The notes under the pieces are model-generated. The model searched no databases, was not told where the DNA came from, and was given only the letters and a program-made list of their open reading frames with translations. DNA of 64,000 bases from Podarcis bocagei. Lineage: Eukaryota. A program made the position numbers and the translations under genes. This document shows, one piece after another, positions 49,935 through 62,779 of the stretch. How positions within the stretch are numbered: position 1 is the first letter of the stretch; every line of letters begins with the position of its first letter. The stretch lies in assembly GCA_964188305.1 (NCBI GenBank), contig OZ076886.1. The stretch is one strand, 5' to 3'.

Positions 49935-51979
49935 TAATAAAAAAATGAAATAGATTGCGTTGTCATATATACCACCTGTCCTAGAAGAGTTCAGTGTTAT
50001 ATTTGAATTCTATGTAGGGGATATAAGAGTCTTGATTTTTGTCCTACTGAGGTTGAAAGTCCAGAAGAGGGACATAATTCATTCCCTTGAATTTTTATTT
50101 TATTTTATCATTTCCCACCCTTTCCTCTTGCTGGAGGCCGGTGATTAATGTTAACTATAATCAAGGCTGTTCTTACCAAAGGATTTGGGGGAAAGACTAT
50201 AGTTAAATATAGCTATTTTCACGCTTCGTTCCACATATTTATTCAATGCACAGAGCAGAGTAGAAAAACACCAGCTGGTTCTGCCCTCTCTTCCACACTT
50301 TAGGTGGAACAACAGGCTTTACACATCCACAGCTGTATATGTAGGCCCTGCACCCTTTCAAAAGTCTAGGATGACACATACAGTTGTACACGTGTAGGGC
50401 CAGCACATGGAGTCAGGGGCAGTCATCATAATTTCACATTTCCTTCCTCTGCATCCACATTTTGTTATTCTTGGGGCACAGGTATGATATGTTACGTAAA
50501 TATCTTGTCTAAATCTTATATATTTTGCCTGAAGCATCTACTATTTTTAGAACAGAGAATTTTTATTATTTGAAAAAGCAAACAAATAATCTAGGTTTCC
50601 TGAGTATGAGAAAACTGACTTGGGGTAAAACAGTTGTTTTCAGAAGTCTCTACCAGACTAGAGGAAGATCTAAGGATAAAAACCACGGAGGACTATCTTT
50701 TTGTCTTTGTTTGTGTGGCTGTGTTTCGGCAGAAAAGATGCATCACTAAACATTCACTAGTCAGAAAAAAATAATGTTACAAAAATATAGCAGTGTCAAG
50801 CAGTAAATTTTTTAGCCGTTTCCCCTTCAACTTTACTGCACTTCCGGATTGATTTTCATTAGCATCTTCCTGCATTTGCTGACTTTGTACTCTCCTTCTA
50901 GAATAGATCTATGTAGACCCACTTGTTGGGTAAGTTCTCCTTATATGTCTCCAAATATTTTCATGGCTTGAATCAGGATTTCCAAGCAATGTAGTATACA
51001 GCAAGCACATCTTACGTGGGGGTTACATTCTGACGCTATTGCGTAGAACCAAAATAGTGTATAGACAAAACACATTGGGTGCATTGATGGGTGGGATTGC
51101 CAAAGTCTTTGCCCCCAGATGCCCAATTCCTTTCCTCCACCATTTTATTTGTTTTTTAATTGCCAAGCACGTAAAGCTGAATACATAGAAATTAAATGTG
51201 TGTGAGTGTACTGTAGTTGCAAAAATCAGCTAGGCATTGAGGAAAACGGAGACAAATATGTCTTCAGTCTTTGTCCTTTGGTGTCCCTCCTATTAAGTTC
51301 TTTGTGGACAATATTTCTAAATTGTATTTCATGTGTAGCGCTCCCCTGAGTAGAGCAGCCATTGATGAATCAGGGGTAATTTGGAGGTTCCTGCTTGGGT
51401 GAAATTGGCATTTTTGTGGGAAACAAATCTTTTATCACATATATATCATATTGTATTTCTTATTGAGGATCAAGTTCAGGGCCCCATAAAAAACTTTTAG
51501 TTGATGTACCTTGTTGCTATCTGCTTCTCATTAGGATGGCCTGTTAAGGGTTTGACTGAAACGTTTAGTGGGCCAGATTGATAATAAATTGGACTTGAGT
51601 TTTGCTTAAGATAAAATTTCAAAGCAAAAAGCATTAGAGGTTCCTCTTTGAGCAAAGTATCCATGGAATTGTGGATGAAGTGTAAAAAACAACAACAACC
51701 ATAATAAAGTTTTGCTAAGACTGGAACATTTCCTAGGGTGGTATCGCTATTCATGGGTTGTGTTCATTTGCACTGTAGCATCTGACATTTAAAGAGCAGA
51801 AAGTTTAGTTAAGGAGAAGTATCTAGAGTTTTATTACATGCAGTTTCAAGGTTTTTTTCTGCTATCAGGATGCCTGTTGTTTATTAAACATTAGAATATT
51901 GGCTTTTAAATAAATGAAATGTTGTCCTCTTTTATAATTAAATCTGTCAGGATGCCTGTTTGAGGATAAAATAAGAGCC

Positions 51980-52100
51980 TTGGATGTAGTTCCAACAAAC
52001 TAATTTTAATGGATGTATTGAAATTAATAGCCCAAAGTTAGTCATGTCCATTAATTTCAGTGGATGTACACTGAGTAAAAGTATTGTTGGACACAACCCA
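51980..52100. repeat. Palindromic MITE-like repeat (ggatgtagttccaac...gttggacacaaccc)
   Basis: Hairpin-forming; relatives at 57015-57135 and 21940-22015. Confidence 0.65.
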
Positions 52101-52549
52101 ATGTGGCTTGTGAGAGCATATGAGAGATTTTGAAAAACCTGTGTCTGGGGTTTGGGGACCATGCTGTAGGCCATACCAGCTGGGGCTGTTAGGATTTGGA
52201 TTTCCAACAATGACTGAAAGGGGAAAGTTCCCCTCTCTTGTCTTATAGGGTACTCCTTCCACTCATGTCACAGATGGGAACTGAGCCAAATATACATTGA
52301 GTTAGATTAGCTATTGTGGCATAGTTTGAACCTTCCTTTCCTCTCCTGAATATAGAATTCAATTCTGTTGATATTTTGTCCAATATATTAGGCATCAAAA
52401 CTTGACTTTTACATATTTACATATGGTTTGGAATTTGTTTTAATTTTGCCTGCTTTTAACGAGGTAGCCTTTATCCCCAAATTCTGTCTCTGGTCTAATG
52501 TAAAGCCTATACTCGTCCCTCCTTATTATCGGGGGGTGGGGGGACCCCT

Positions 52550-52820
52550 GCAAGATTAAAAAATGAGGAAGTGTAGAAGTCTGTTAGGTGATATAAACCT
52601 TTGGTTTGCCAGGTTTTTATCTGGGGGTTTTGTGCTGTGTGATGTGGGTGATGTGCCAGGGGAATTAGTGGGGATGGGGTTGGGGACAGTTTACCTATTT
52701 CTGCTTTCCATGCTTTAAGCATAGTCTGTATGTACCTGTTTAGTGTTGTGGGAATTTTTCTTAGTTTGTTTGGGAGGAACAAATGAAACTGATCTGTAGA
52801 AAATGTAACTTGGGGGAAAA
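52550..52820 (-). mobile_element. L1-clade ORF2 fragment
   Basis: LNRYIQTMLKAWK...LSPTPSPLIPL...IKTWQTKGLYHLTDFY resembles the post-RT region of vertebrate L1/Tx1. Confidence 0.6.
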
Positions 52821-54496
52821 AAAGACATTGCACATACTTTTGTAAACCAAGACATCTTTAATAAAAATATGTTAAAAATGGGGGGGAAATGAGGCTATGG
52901 CTATGCACAGAAGCCATTTCATGTAATCTAAAAGGCTGAGGGAAAAAGACATGGATAGAGTAATAAAAAGGTATGCTCAACATGGGCACTAATAAAAGAA
53001 GAACTAAGCATCATTACAAGGTCAATGTAACTAAATTGGTATCTTCACTGTATTATAAGAAAGTAATGAGAAACACCTTCAGTCTCAAACAGAAGTCAAT
53101 AGAAAATCAACAAACAGCTACTGCAGACATCCTTTATCTAGCAAGAATCAGAGTCAACATGCTAGCATTCTGGAATAGCACACAAAAAGTCTTTTAAAAG
53201 AGGACAAACAACTTCCAGCAAACAGCAAAAGCAGCCATCCCCATTATTTTATCTCTCCGCAGCATGTTGGTGAAATAATGAAAGAAATACAGGTCAAACC
53301 AGCATTTTTTCAGGCATAAAATTGCACACAATTTAGGTTTATAGCACCAGATGGCCACAGAAGTGAAGCTAAATTGAGTGCTGCGTGAGGCAGGGAGAGA
53401 ACAGGGAATCTGAAATTCAAGTTAAAGATAAGGTGGCAGACATTTCTCTCCCCAGACGTAATCACAGCAAAGCACCCTATTATCAACAGCATTAGGAACA
53501 TTTTGAGATAACGGATAATGATTGAAATTATGCTAGAGATAATTGTTTTAGAAATGAAGATCCAAACGTGTGATCAACCTACTTCAGAAAGGTGAGTTCC
53601 AGACACTGATATAAGACCTAAACTGCTATTTCAACACATCATACAACAATATAGTGAAATAATAGATAAGTGATTAACTATGCATTACACTTAACATCTA
53701 ACATAGCACTCAGAGTGTAATCGCCCTAATTTGCAATTGTAAATCTCTTGTTATCAATTAATTTACACTGCACAAGTAACCATCTGATTATCTTCTTACA
53801 TACCAGTATTTACACAGTAATTAAATTGTAACTAATTAGCATGTAATTGCACATACTTATTTGTACCTTGTAAAGTGAATGATGTATTTAAACATAGTTG
53901 AAATACTTGCAATTAAGAAAACATGAATACTTTTCATGTCACATAATTATGCATATGACTGAACAGTCTCCCAAGTGATTTGTCTGGGAGTGGGGTGCAC
54001 TGATTGTCTCAGTTGGCCTTATGACTATAATTTTGAAGGAGTGTGCCCTTTCTTTACTTTTGCAGCTTAATACTTTTTAAACTACCCAGAGTTAGGAGTA
54101 CCAATAAGTAATCAAAGTATGCTTATTTTCAAGTTATACCTTCATGCCACTTTAAAATGTTCCTCCAAATTTTACTCAGAATTAGAACTTACAGATGAGA
54201 GTCCTATTGGAGTCATCTGAAGCCATCTGAAGCAGTAAGATAATAACCTTAACACCTGGCATGGACAGATGCACACTGCAAAGTAACCATAACCAAAAGA
54301 CTACCCTATTAAGATGCTTTTGGAGGATATGCTGTATGAATGTCATCAAGGGCAATGACGTGTGATTTGTCCAGTCATTTATAACTCAAGCTTTATTTTT
54401 ATGTTTCTTACCTTTCCAACAGTGTGAATTGCTCTGTAGAAAGGTTTTGACTTTAGAACAAAACTCTTATTCTCCTACATTTGAGCAAAAATGAAA

Positions 54497-55260
54497 CACT
54501 TGAATCTATTGGTTCCGGGTCCTACCCTCCGAATCAGAAGAAAATAAGTTTGCTCCACCTTCCATGTATGACAACCCTTTATATACTTGAAGATGGCTAT
54601 CATATCTCCTCTCAGCCTTCCATTTTCCAGGCTAAACATACCCAACTCCATCAACTGTTCCTCATAAGACTTGGTTTCCAACAACAGGTTTGGTTCAAAC
54701 AACAACGGGCCCAGAAAAGAACCCTGCAGTACCCCACTTGTCACTTTTCCCCAGGATGATGAGAAACTATTTGTGAGCACTCTTTGATTCTCCAGAAGTT
54801 TTGTTTTATTGAGGACAACATTTGCCCACCACCAGTCCGCATGGACATGTTTCTCTGTGTTGCATTACTCCAGAGGTTTGACTTCTGCAATGGCCGATTT
54901 TCCTCCTCCCTCGGGGCACCCCACCTGCATTGCTGTTTCAGGACAGCCCACTCTGCTCTGTCAATAAATTCTTCATCTTGCCCAATAGCTGGAAGAGTGA
55001 ATAGGTGGGCCTCATGTTGCTGTATCTTCTCTTCCAGCAAGGCAAACAGCTTGCACTTGCTAAAGGTGTAGTTTTGTGCATTCTCAGACAGGAAGGCAAA
55101 TATGGCACAGCAGCTCCTTCACTGTCCTTGTCTCTTGGTTCTATGTCCACTGTAAGACAGCACTCCTGACCTCCCTCTCAAACTGCCTCAGTAAAACTCT
55201 GTTTACAAGTCCTAGTCACAAGCTTCCAGAGCCTGCAAATAGCCAAACAGAACTGCTACT
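54497..55260 (-). mobile_element. CR1 LINE with large internal deletions (5'UTR + ORF1 N-terminus + RT motif + ORF2 C-terminus)
   Basis: ORF1-like CAIFAFLSENAQNYTFSKCKLFALLEEKIQQHEAHL; RT motif [21 protein letters not shown]; C-terminus [32 protein letters not shown]. Confidence 0.8.
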
Positions 55261-57014
55261 GGCTGCTAACTTGATGATGGTGGCCGGGAAGATTGGGCTC
55301 CAAAGCCCAGAAGCCCAAGGTTGTAACCTGTTCTGGAATCCGTATGGTAAAGGGCCAGTAAAAGTCAAACAAACAAAGCAGACACATAAAAAAGTAAAAC
55401 AAGCAGGACATGAGTGCAAGAGCACTCTTTCCCTTGCTGGAAAAGATTTAGAGGTGTAACATAAATGTACTTGACACCGAGAAAGCAAACTTGCATTGCC
55501 TCCCCACTTAAAAAAGCAAAACAAAAACTACCTAAGATTGGCATGCCATGTTAATTATACATTGTTATAAGTGGTGTAGTTGATTTATTCTATGCAAATA
55601 AGGAAAGAATCACTTAATCAGCAGTTCAAACACAGTATGTGTATCAACTGAAAGCAAAGCAAATTGCAATGTGTTTTATTTCAAGCTGAAAGGTAATGAA
55701 TATGCCGGAGTGTCATAGTATGAACTATATTTTTAAGTAATCATTTATTTTCACTGACAGGTGCACTCCTCTTGCATTTACTTAGGAAAGCTGCTTCCCA
55801 GCATATTTTTTCATATATATCCTGTATCTTTATTTTTAATACATTGGAGTGCACAGATGATTCTCTCTAGAGCATATGAAAAGCATACATTAAATAGGAA
55901 GGAAAAAATAAGGTCGAACAACTAATATCCTTGGCTTTTAAATAAGCCTGTAAATCATGCTTTTTTCTTTACTTCTGACAATTGTTGCAAATAGGTCGGA
56001 TATCTAAGGATGATATTGTCAATACAAAGCCAGGAAGGTCAGTGTTCATTTCATTTGTAAAGCTAATTACATCAAACAAATTTCATTTTCAAACCCCCAA
56101 ATCAATTGATGTGTAAAAATCTGTTCCCTAATGATGGATACATTCAGTTTGTTATCATCTTGTAACGTTTTGAGATTCAATTTTCACTTTTATGGAAGTG
56201 GTGAGCAAATTGCTTTTGCTTGTTTTACTATACAGTATTCAACTAATCCCAACACTAGGTATTTCCCCAACAGAAAAAAATGATACTTTCAAACTGTTTA
56301 TTCCAGAATTAGAAGCACTCATGTAAACTCTCATTCAGTTACATAGAATTGTGTACTAACTACAACAGCTTTAAGGTACAGTAGGCTCACAATGTGTGGG
56401 GGCTACCTTCCGGGAGTGGGTGTGTGGGTAAAGGTGAAATTGTCTATACAGTAGTCAGAACCAGCCTGGAACTCCCCCACCCAACCCTGCCCATGCAACC
56501 ATCCTGACCTTTCTGAAGCTGGTGTGCTGAGCAGGTCTCCCTCCCACTCCTGCAAGATAGAGAGCTTTTAAGCTTTGCACCTTGCTTAATAGGCTCTACG
56601 AGACTTTCAAGAATCTGGGCTGTCCAAAATCTTGTGAAAGCCCCTCAGAGCCTATGCAATACCTTCCCACAGCCTGGTAAGCATATGTGTTTAACTTATG
56701 CGATCGCACCTGGCTGGCTACCAAGCACTTAGAGCTGCAATAGTGAACACAGAATGCACAAGTTGTGAGTTGACTGTGCCCTGATCAGATATCTTACTTT
56801 TTTTTCTTGGTGGGCAGTGAACTGCTATAACTGTGAATTGACTTCATTTTACCAGCACAAAAAATAACTTACAGCACCACAGTTAGTACATAGTGCTTGC
56901 AATTTCCCCATCCTCAGACCTTGCTAATTTGTACACATGTGCCACTCTGTAGCTTTGATTACAGCATCATATTCTGCACCAAAGTATTGGAAGAAGCCCT
57001 GCCTTGTATGTCCT

Positions 57015-57135
57015 GGATTTCATCCAGTACTAGTCCTACTTAGGGCAGAACCATTGAAGTTAATTGAGATGACTAATTTAAATCCACTAGTTTCAATGGG
57101 TGTACTCTTGAGTAGGACTTAGTTGGATACAACCC
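57015..57135. repeat. Palindromic MITE-like repeat
   Basis: agtcctact...ccattgaa / ttcaatgg...agtaggact inverted arms, ending in gttggatacaaccc. Confidence 0.7.
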
Positions 57136-58159
57136 ACTTTGTTGTATGAGTGCACGATAGCAGTTGTTCATATTCTTAGCTAAGGTACTAAAATCAACCA
57201 GTCTTGCTTCCAATAAATTTATTTAGGAAAAGCATCTGGACACTGCAAGTTCATACTGATTTCTATTACAGAACAAATCACCCCAAACTATTCCCCTTTA
57301 AGCCTTGAAAGTTGGCTTGTGGAACACCTTCCTTCATCAGAGAGATTACACTTACCAGACATGTTTCGACTGATGTCAGACATTGTTTGTATGGAAAGGA
57401 AGTGAATATGCCTAAAATGTGTATAGAATAGATTTTAAGTTTCAGGTTTTCAAAAGCGTCTCACTCTCCAGTTTAGCTGTCATCACCAATCTATTGTGTT
57501 AATGACAATGAATGAATTCATGAATAGGAGTGGAGCCTGTGATCCAAATATTGTATGACAAAAAGCTGTGATGTACTTTATAATTTATCAAGTACAGCTG
57601 GAAGATGAGTTTTGGGCAAAATCACTGTTTCCCTGCACAAGAGAGTCAGCTTTCCTCTTACTGGCCCATGTGGACTTAGGATGGGAGGGATCGGCCCTGT
57701 CAAGATCACAGTTTCATCTTCTGGTAGTGGAAAGGGGTGGAATGGAATGAAACTATAGTACCACACACTTTTTATATAGTTCACTTTAGTAGGATTCACC
57801 ATTAGTAGCCCTGAAATTGTAACATCACTAACATAATCATATTATTAAACATACTTTATATTAAATATTACTACTTGATGCTTATTTTCCAGTATGCCCA
57901 GTTAGTTCACTGGATTCAAATACATTCTAAGTTTTCTATATCAGGGGTTCCCAAACTGTGGTCTTTACATTGGTAATCTTCACATTCTAGTTTTTGTATA
58001 AAGAAATCTACATCCTCCACTTTCAAGCAAACCATGGTTTCTGATAGAGACTCCAGCCCAGGATCACTATCTTAATGTGGGTTTTCTTCACCATCATCCA
58101 TTTGTTCCCTTCATATAATCTCATATCAGAAACTCTGATTTTGAATGGTTTGCAAATAC

Positions 58160-58600
58160 ATTCAATTACCTTGAAGTATTGCTCAGGACCGCCTCTCTCC
58201 ACATGAACCTACCTGGGACCCTGAGAGCATCTTCTGAGGCCCTTCTTTATGTTCCTCCTACATAGCAGGTCTGGAGAGTGGCAACATGAGAACGGGCCTT
58301 CTCTGTAGTGGCTCTCCATTTGTGGAATGCTCTCCCCAGAGAGGTTCCGCTGGCGCCTTCATTATGCACCTTTAGGCGCCAGGAGAAAATGTTCCTCTTT
58401 AACTACACCTTTGGCTGATTGACATCCTATACCCTTTTGAAATGTGTTGTAGAAGGGGGAATTGTTGGGTTGTTTTTGTTTTTGTAATGTATATTATGTT
58501 TTTTATACCTGTTATTTTATGTTGTGAACTGCCCTGAGATCTATGGCTATAGGGTAGTATACAAGTTTAATAAATACTAATAATAAAAATAATAATTAAG
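58160..58600 (+). mobile_element. L2 3' end
   Basis: cgggccttctctgtagtggctctccatttgtggaatgctctccccagagaggtt (RAFSVVALHLWNALPREV) plus 3'UTR and an AAT-rich tail. Confidence 0.85.
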
Positions 58601-58699
58601 AATAAACTGGTGACTCTTCATGTTTGAGCCCTTTATGGTGCTAGAGTTCTCATCCTGATCAACTGGATGCCTGTCGGAAGCTCACAAGCAGGATCTGAG

Positions 58700-58990
58700 T
58701 GCACTTACTGGTATAGAAGAGGTTTTTCTTTGTAGACAGGATTCTTGAAAACCTCCTACACATTTTATTATGCCTTTAGCGAAAATTGCTTTATGCAAAA
58801 ACATTTTCTGTTTGATAGACAGTTCTAGTACCAAGTCAAAATGGATAGCGATGGAATCCCCCATGGCTTTTGAGATTGCTAACATATACACAGAACAATT
58901 GGAAGATACATTTATGGAGTGGAGTCCACATTTCCCCCCTCCCTCCATGAAGTCTTTCCTAATTGATGTTCACGCTATTTCATATGAAAT
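58700..58990 (+). pseudogene. Penelope-like element reverse transcriptase fossil
   Basis: GIEEVFLCRQDS*KPPTHFIMPLAKIALCKNIF...IAMESPMAFEIANIYTEQLE...SFLIDVHAI parallels the Penelope-like RT pattern PPT.F...L....L..N.F...G.AMGSP.AP..ANI.M..LE...RYIDD. Confidence 0.7.
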
Positions 58991-60578
58991 GGGGACCTTT
59001 CTTTGGGTACAGCTGAGAGAACAAACCTCAGTTCTGATGGGCAGAGTCATATTAAAAGAATGTCACTCGTATCTTTGAATCCAATGTCATACTACTGTTC
59101 TTGACATTTACAGAAGGCTACGGAAATTTCTGAGAAGCTTATAGCTTCACACAGTCTTACTGTAATGCATTATATACTGTTGTATAGGAGAGCATTATGT
59201 TTGTTTCACGGTAATTTCATAGTTATGACTCCCAGCGTGATCTCTGCTTGTGAAAGATGCAAGCACTTCAGTTGACGGAAGCTGACATACACTTGTTTTA
59301 AAGTGAAATTGCTTTGGACTTGCTGAGTACTGGGTGTTAACATAGTTTAAATGCATTAGATTTTAAGTGTAGAAATATGGTTTCTGTGTGGCCTGTAAGG
59401 ATATAAGAACAATAAACACCTCAAATGTGTATCTACAACAGTGGCACATACTGTACTTCAAAGAAAGATGGGTGAATTAATTTTTCGGTGCAGTGGAATT
59501 AAAAAACCCTCATCTTTCCTTATAGCTGATCCTTCTAAAGAGAGAAAAAAACCTATAAGCTTCAATCCAGGCTTTTTTTTTTTTTGGTTTTGAAAAGTCT
59601 AACGGTTTGTATATTCTTGTTCAAACACACATCTGCAGGCACAGACAAATATTACTAAAGTAACAAAATCAAAGCGGACAAAATTCACTAATAAAATCAC
59701 AACAAACTTACATTTTTAGTAGTGCTATTAGCATTGAACACCATATGTCATGGAACTTCTCAAATTAATGTGATGAAAGGGTAAAAAACTAGAAATAGTG
59801 AATAAGTGAGCAATGGGAATAGAGTTTTCAAAGCTATGAATGCTTGAAAACTTTTTTTTGTGATTTTAGCTTTATTTTGTACACATAGCATCTTTTAGTG
59901 ATTCCCACACAGATCTGGGATGATGGAAGGGCCTAATAGGTTTTGGAAACTATGGATATTCAGTGAACTGCACAACTATATTATGTGCCCAATAATGTTT
60001 TCAGGTTTTGGTGTTAGAATAGCAGTGGACCCTTCTTCCTGGATGCCTGCTTTGCAAAATACTTTTGAACCTGCAGGCGTGTTCAAAAATAGTTTGTAGC
60101 ATGTCTGGAGGTTCCAGTATTTGGGTTCTTGAGCAGAAGGTCTGTTGCTGGAGGTCCTCCCTGAATTTGACATGGTGCCTTCCAGTAGTGCTCCACCAGT
60201 AATGGGGCCAAAATTGGAGCATTCCGGGGAGATGTCTGGGTGGCCAGGGACCCATGTAATCCTCAGCTCCCTTGTGGGAAACTACTGCAGCTTGAGAGCT
60301 GGCACAATTAATTCCCTCCCATTGGAAGCAGGGGGAAGGGGGAAGGGGGGGAAATGGTTGTCTCCCGCACCTTCTGCCTTAGCCAGTGCTGGCAGGGTTT
60401 AGGAAACGAAGGTTGCTGTTCTGCAGATTACCCTCCACTGCTAAGATTTCTTTGTGGTTGTCTGTGCAAAGGGGGAAAGGGAGAAATCCCACTGGGCATT
60501 CGCAAAGCCTTGGACCCCAGTTCCAGATTGCAGCCTGCATGTGATACTTTGGGTAGATCATCAAGACAACATTGTCTT

Positions 60579-60787
60579 GGGCTGCCATACGTCCGGATTT
60601 CAAAGGTGGAATTGACGTCTGGGGGGATTTCCAAAAGGCGTCTCTTTGTCCTGGATCTTAGGCAAGTCAATTGAAAAATCGACAACTTTGAAAGCTCAAA
60701 GCTCACCAACTTTCAGGTTTTCCTTAAAAATCCTCAACAATTTTGGTGGTGTCTTGGTTTTTACTTTTTGAAATATGGGAACCCTAG
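60579..60787. mobile_element. Non-autonomous DNA element, hAT-like
   Basis: gggctgccatac ... atatgggaaccctag inverted ends; second copy at 2777-2922. Confidence 0.7.
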
Positions 60788-61794
60788 CTTTGTCTTTAGC
60801 TTGCTTTATAAACTGCTTGACAACAATCAGTCCTCATAACATTGGTTCATATGAACATATGTGTTCAAATGAATTGCCTCCAGTAGTATGAACCTTTAGA
60901 GTTTATATCAAAATCTACATAGCTATTACACAAAATCTCAAATATTTGCCTTCTTGAGCCCTCGTTATGTACAGATTTGGGTAAAGCTCAGTCTGTATCT
61001 CTCGAAGCCTCGGTGTTATTCCCATTCTGAGAGGCCTCAATTCCACACACTTCACATCAAGCCATAATGCTTGAGCTGGAAGAAAACTCTTCCCTCCAGC
61101 TAATCTGAATGAAAGCTACAACAGCGCAGAGAATAAAAGATGTGGCACTAATACTGCAGAAACAGGGCTGCTGCTCTCTCTTGGAGTTTATGAACATGAC
61201 TCACAAGTGCTGGCTAAGATATGTCAAAATTGGTCTCCAGGTTAGTCTAATTATATGTGCGTAGTACATACTTGTTATGATGGAGCTGTAACCCTTCCAT
61301 TCTGAAACAGTAACACATAATTCTACCTCCAAAATTATAGCTAGCAAAATTGTTAAATAAGCTAGGAAGTAAGTGAGTAGACTAATGAATCCAGTAGGAG
61401 CTTTACTTCAAGGTTCAATTAAAGGCAAGGAATAGGATATTCTTTTCTTTCTATTTTTTGCAGGGGAAGAGAATAGCTTCTAAACATACTTTGGTAGTTC
61501 TATATAGCTACTTATTTTTTGCTATGCACGTTGGGTTGCATTCTCATGGCAGTTTATTCATTTCCTCAATGTTTCTCTGTTAATTTCTTTCTTATATTTG
61601 AGCTTTCACACGAGCTAAATGCACTTCCAGAGATATAACAAAATATAGCTCATGCCATTTGTTCCCAGAAAAAAATAATCTGCTTGTAAATAACATGTTC
61701 CTTTGCTACTACATCTTTACTTGCTCCACATCACATATTGCATTAGGTATGGGGTAGGTGTGTCAGCTGGGCCAAATGTGCACAGGTGATGTGC

Positions 61795-62169
61795 TGTCAG
61801 GCTGCCAGAAAAGCCCTTCTGTCTGTTGTCCCATGCTGTAAGCAGAAACAGACACACTGCTTCTCAGTAATTAACTTTATTGCTCAGTAGCCAAGGAGTC
61901 AGCACATGACACATCCATCGGATAAGCAAGTCAGTTGCAGAAGCTAAAGTCCCTCTTCATCCCTTATTTATACCACCCTCCTTGCATATATTTTTTTGCT
62001 GTGACTTGGCTTTTATTAATTGTTCTGGCCTTTTCTCAACCCTTTGTTCCTGCGCTGAGAGCGAGGGAGGGGAAGGAACCAAATCAGGACTGTATTGTAG
62101 AGCAGGAGGCACAGCCCTTGCGCCTTCTCTATCAGCGTCTGTGGATACTACAAGCCTCTCCCCTTCACC
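61795..62169 (-). mobile_element. Probable partial LTR
   Basis: TGTCAGG terminus; on the minus strand TATAAATAA (61964-61972) precedes AATAAA (61876-61881); the other end was not found. Confidence 0.5.
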
Positions 62170-62516
62170 CAGTGGCGTAGCTAGCCAATCGGGTGCCTGG
62201 TGCGGGTGTGTGTCCTGTAGCCGGGAGCAGGGCGAGCCGCCCATGGGGGCGGGGTAATCTGCGCCCGTGGGGGTGGGGAGATCAGCCTGTGGGAGCGGGG
62301 CGAGCTGCCCATGGGGGCGGGGCGAGCCTCTCCGACGCCTCCCCTTCAGCTTTAGGACGGCTGAGGGAGAGGCAGTAGGCAGTCCCCCACTGACATTTCA
62401 GGCAGTGCGAAACCTGCAGGCACCTAAGCCACCACGTCACTCCTCAAAAGTTCCGTGAAACCATTTTTTATTTAAAAAACTCATTTTGTCACACACACCC
62501 CTCAGTGATGACACCC
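62170..62516. mobile_element. GC-rich hAT-like non-autonomous element, right end missing
   Basis: Starts CAGTGGCGTAGC; internal repeat gcccatgggggcgggg (62239, 62307); no matching GCTACGCCACTG downstream. Confidence 0.6.
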
Positions 62517-62779
62517 TGCTTTTAGAAATGGAAACCTGCTTTTAGAAATGGAAAGGGCCCACCTCCCTTTTAAGTATGTGACTAGAGAACATGTTCTCCT
62601 TAATACGAAGAAATTATCCAGTCTTGTTTTTTTGCAACTCCTCCCTAGCAGCTCTTCATAAAAATATTGTCCCTGCTCCACCCACCCACCAACCAACCAG
62701 CCAGCCAGCCAACCAAAACCACATTACCCTTTGCTTTTAGGCAAGCTCTCTCCTCTGTATCCACTCATACCTAGACTGT

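Noticed and set aside
51865-51960. 14-bp direct repeat tcaggatgcctgtt, 82 bp apart
   Set aside because: The enclosed AT-rich sequence has no element hallmarks; a TSD cannot be told apart from a local duplication
52973-53300. Faint resemblance of YLARIRVNMLAFWNSTQK to a hAT dimerisation domain
   Set aside because: The downstream signature (P.TS...ER.FS) is absent; too weak to call
57330-57390. Minus-strand CGAAACATGTC and CTGATGAA, reminiscent of minimal Penelope-type hammerheads
   Set aside because: Order and pairing do not give stems I and II, so there is no valid fold
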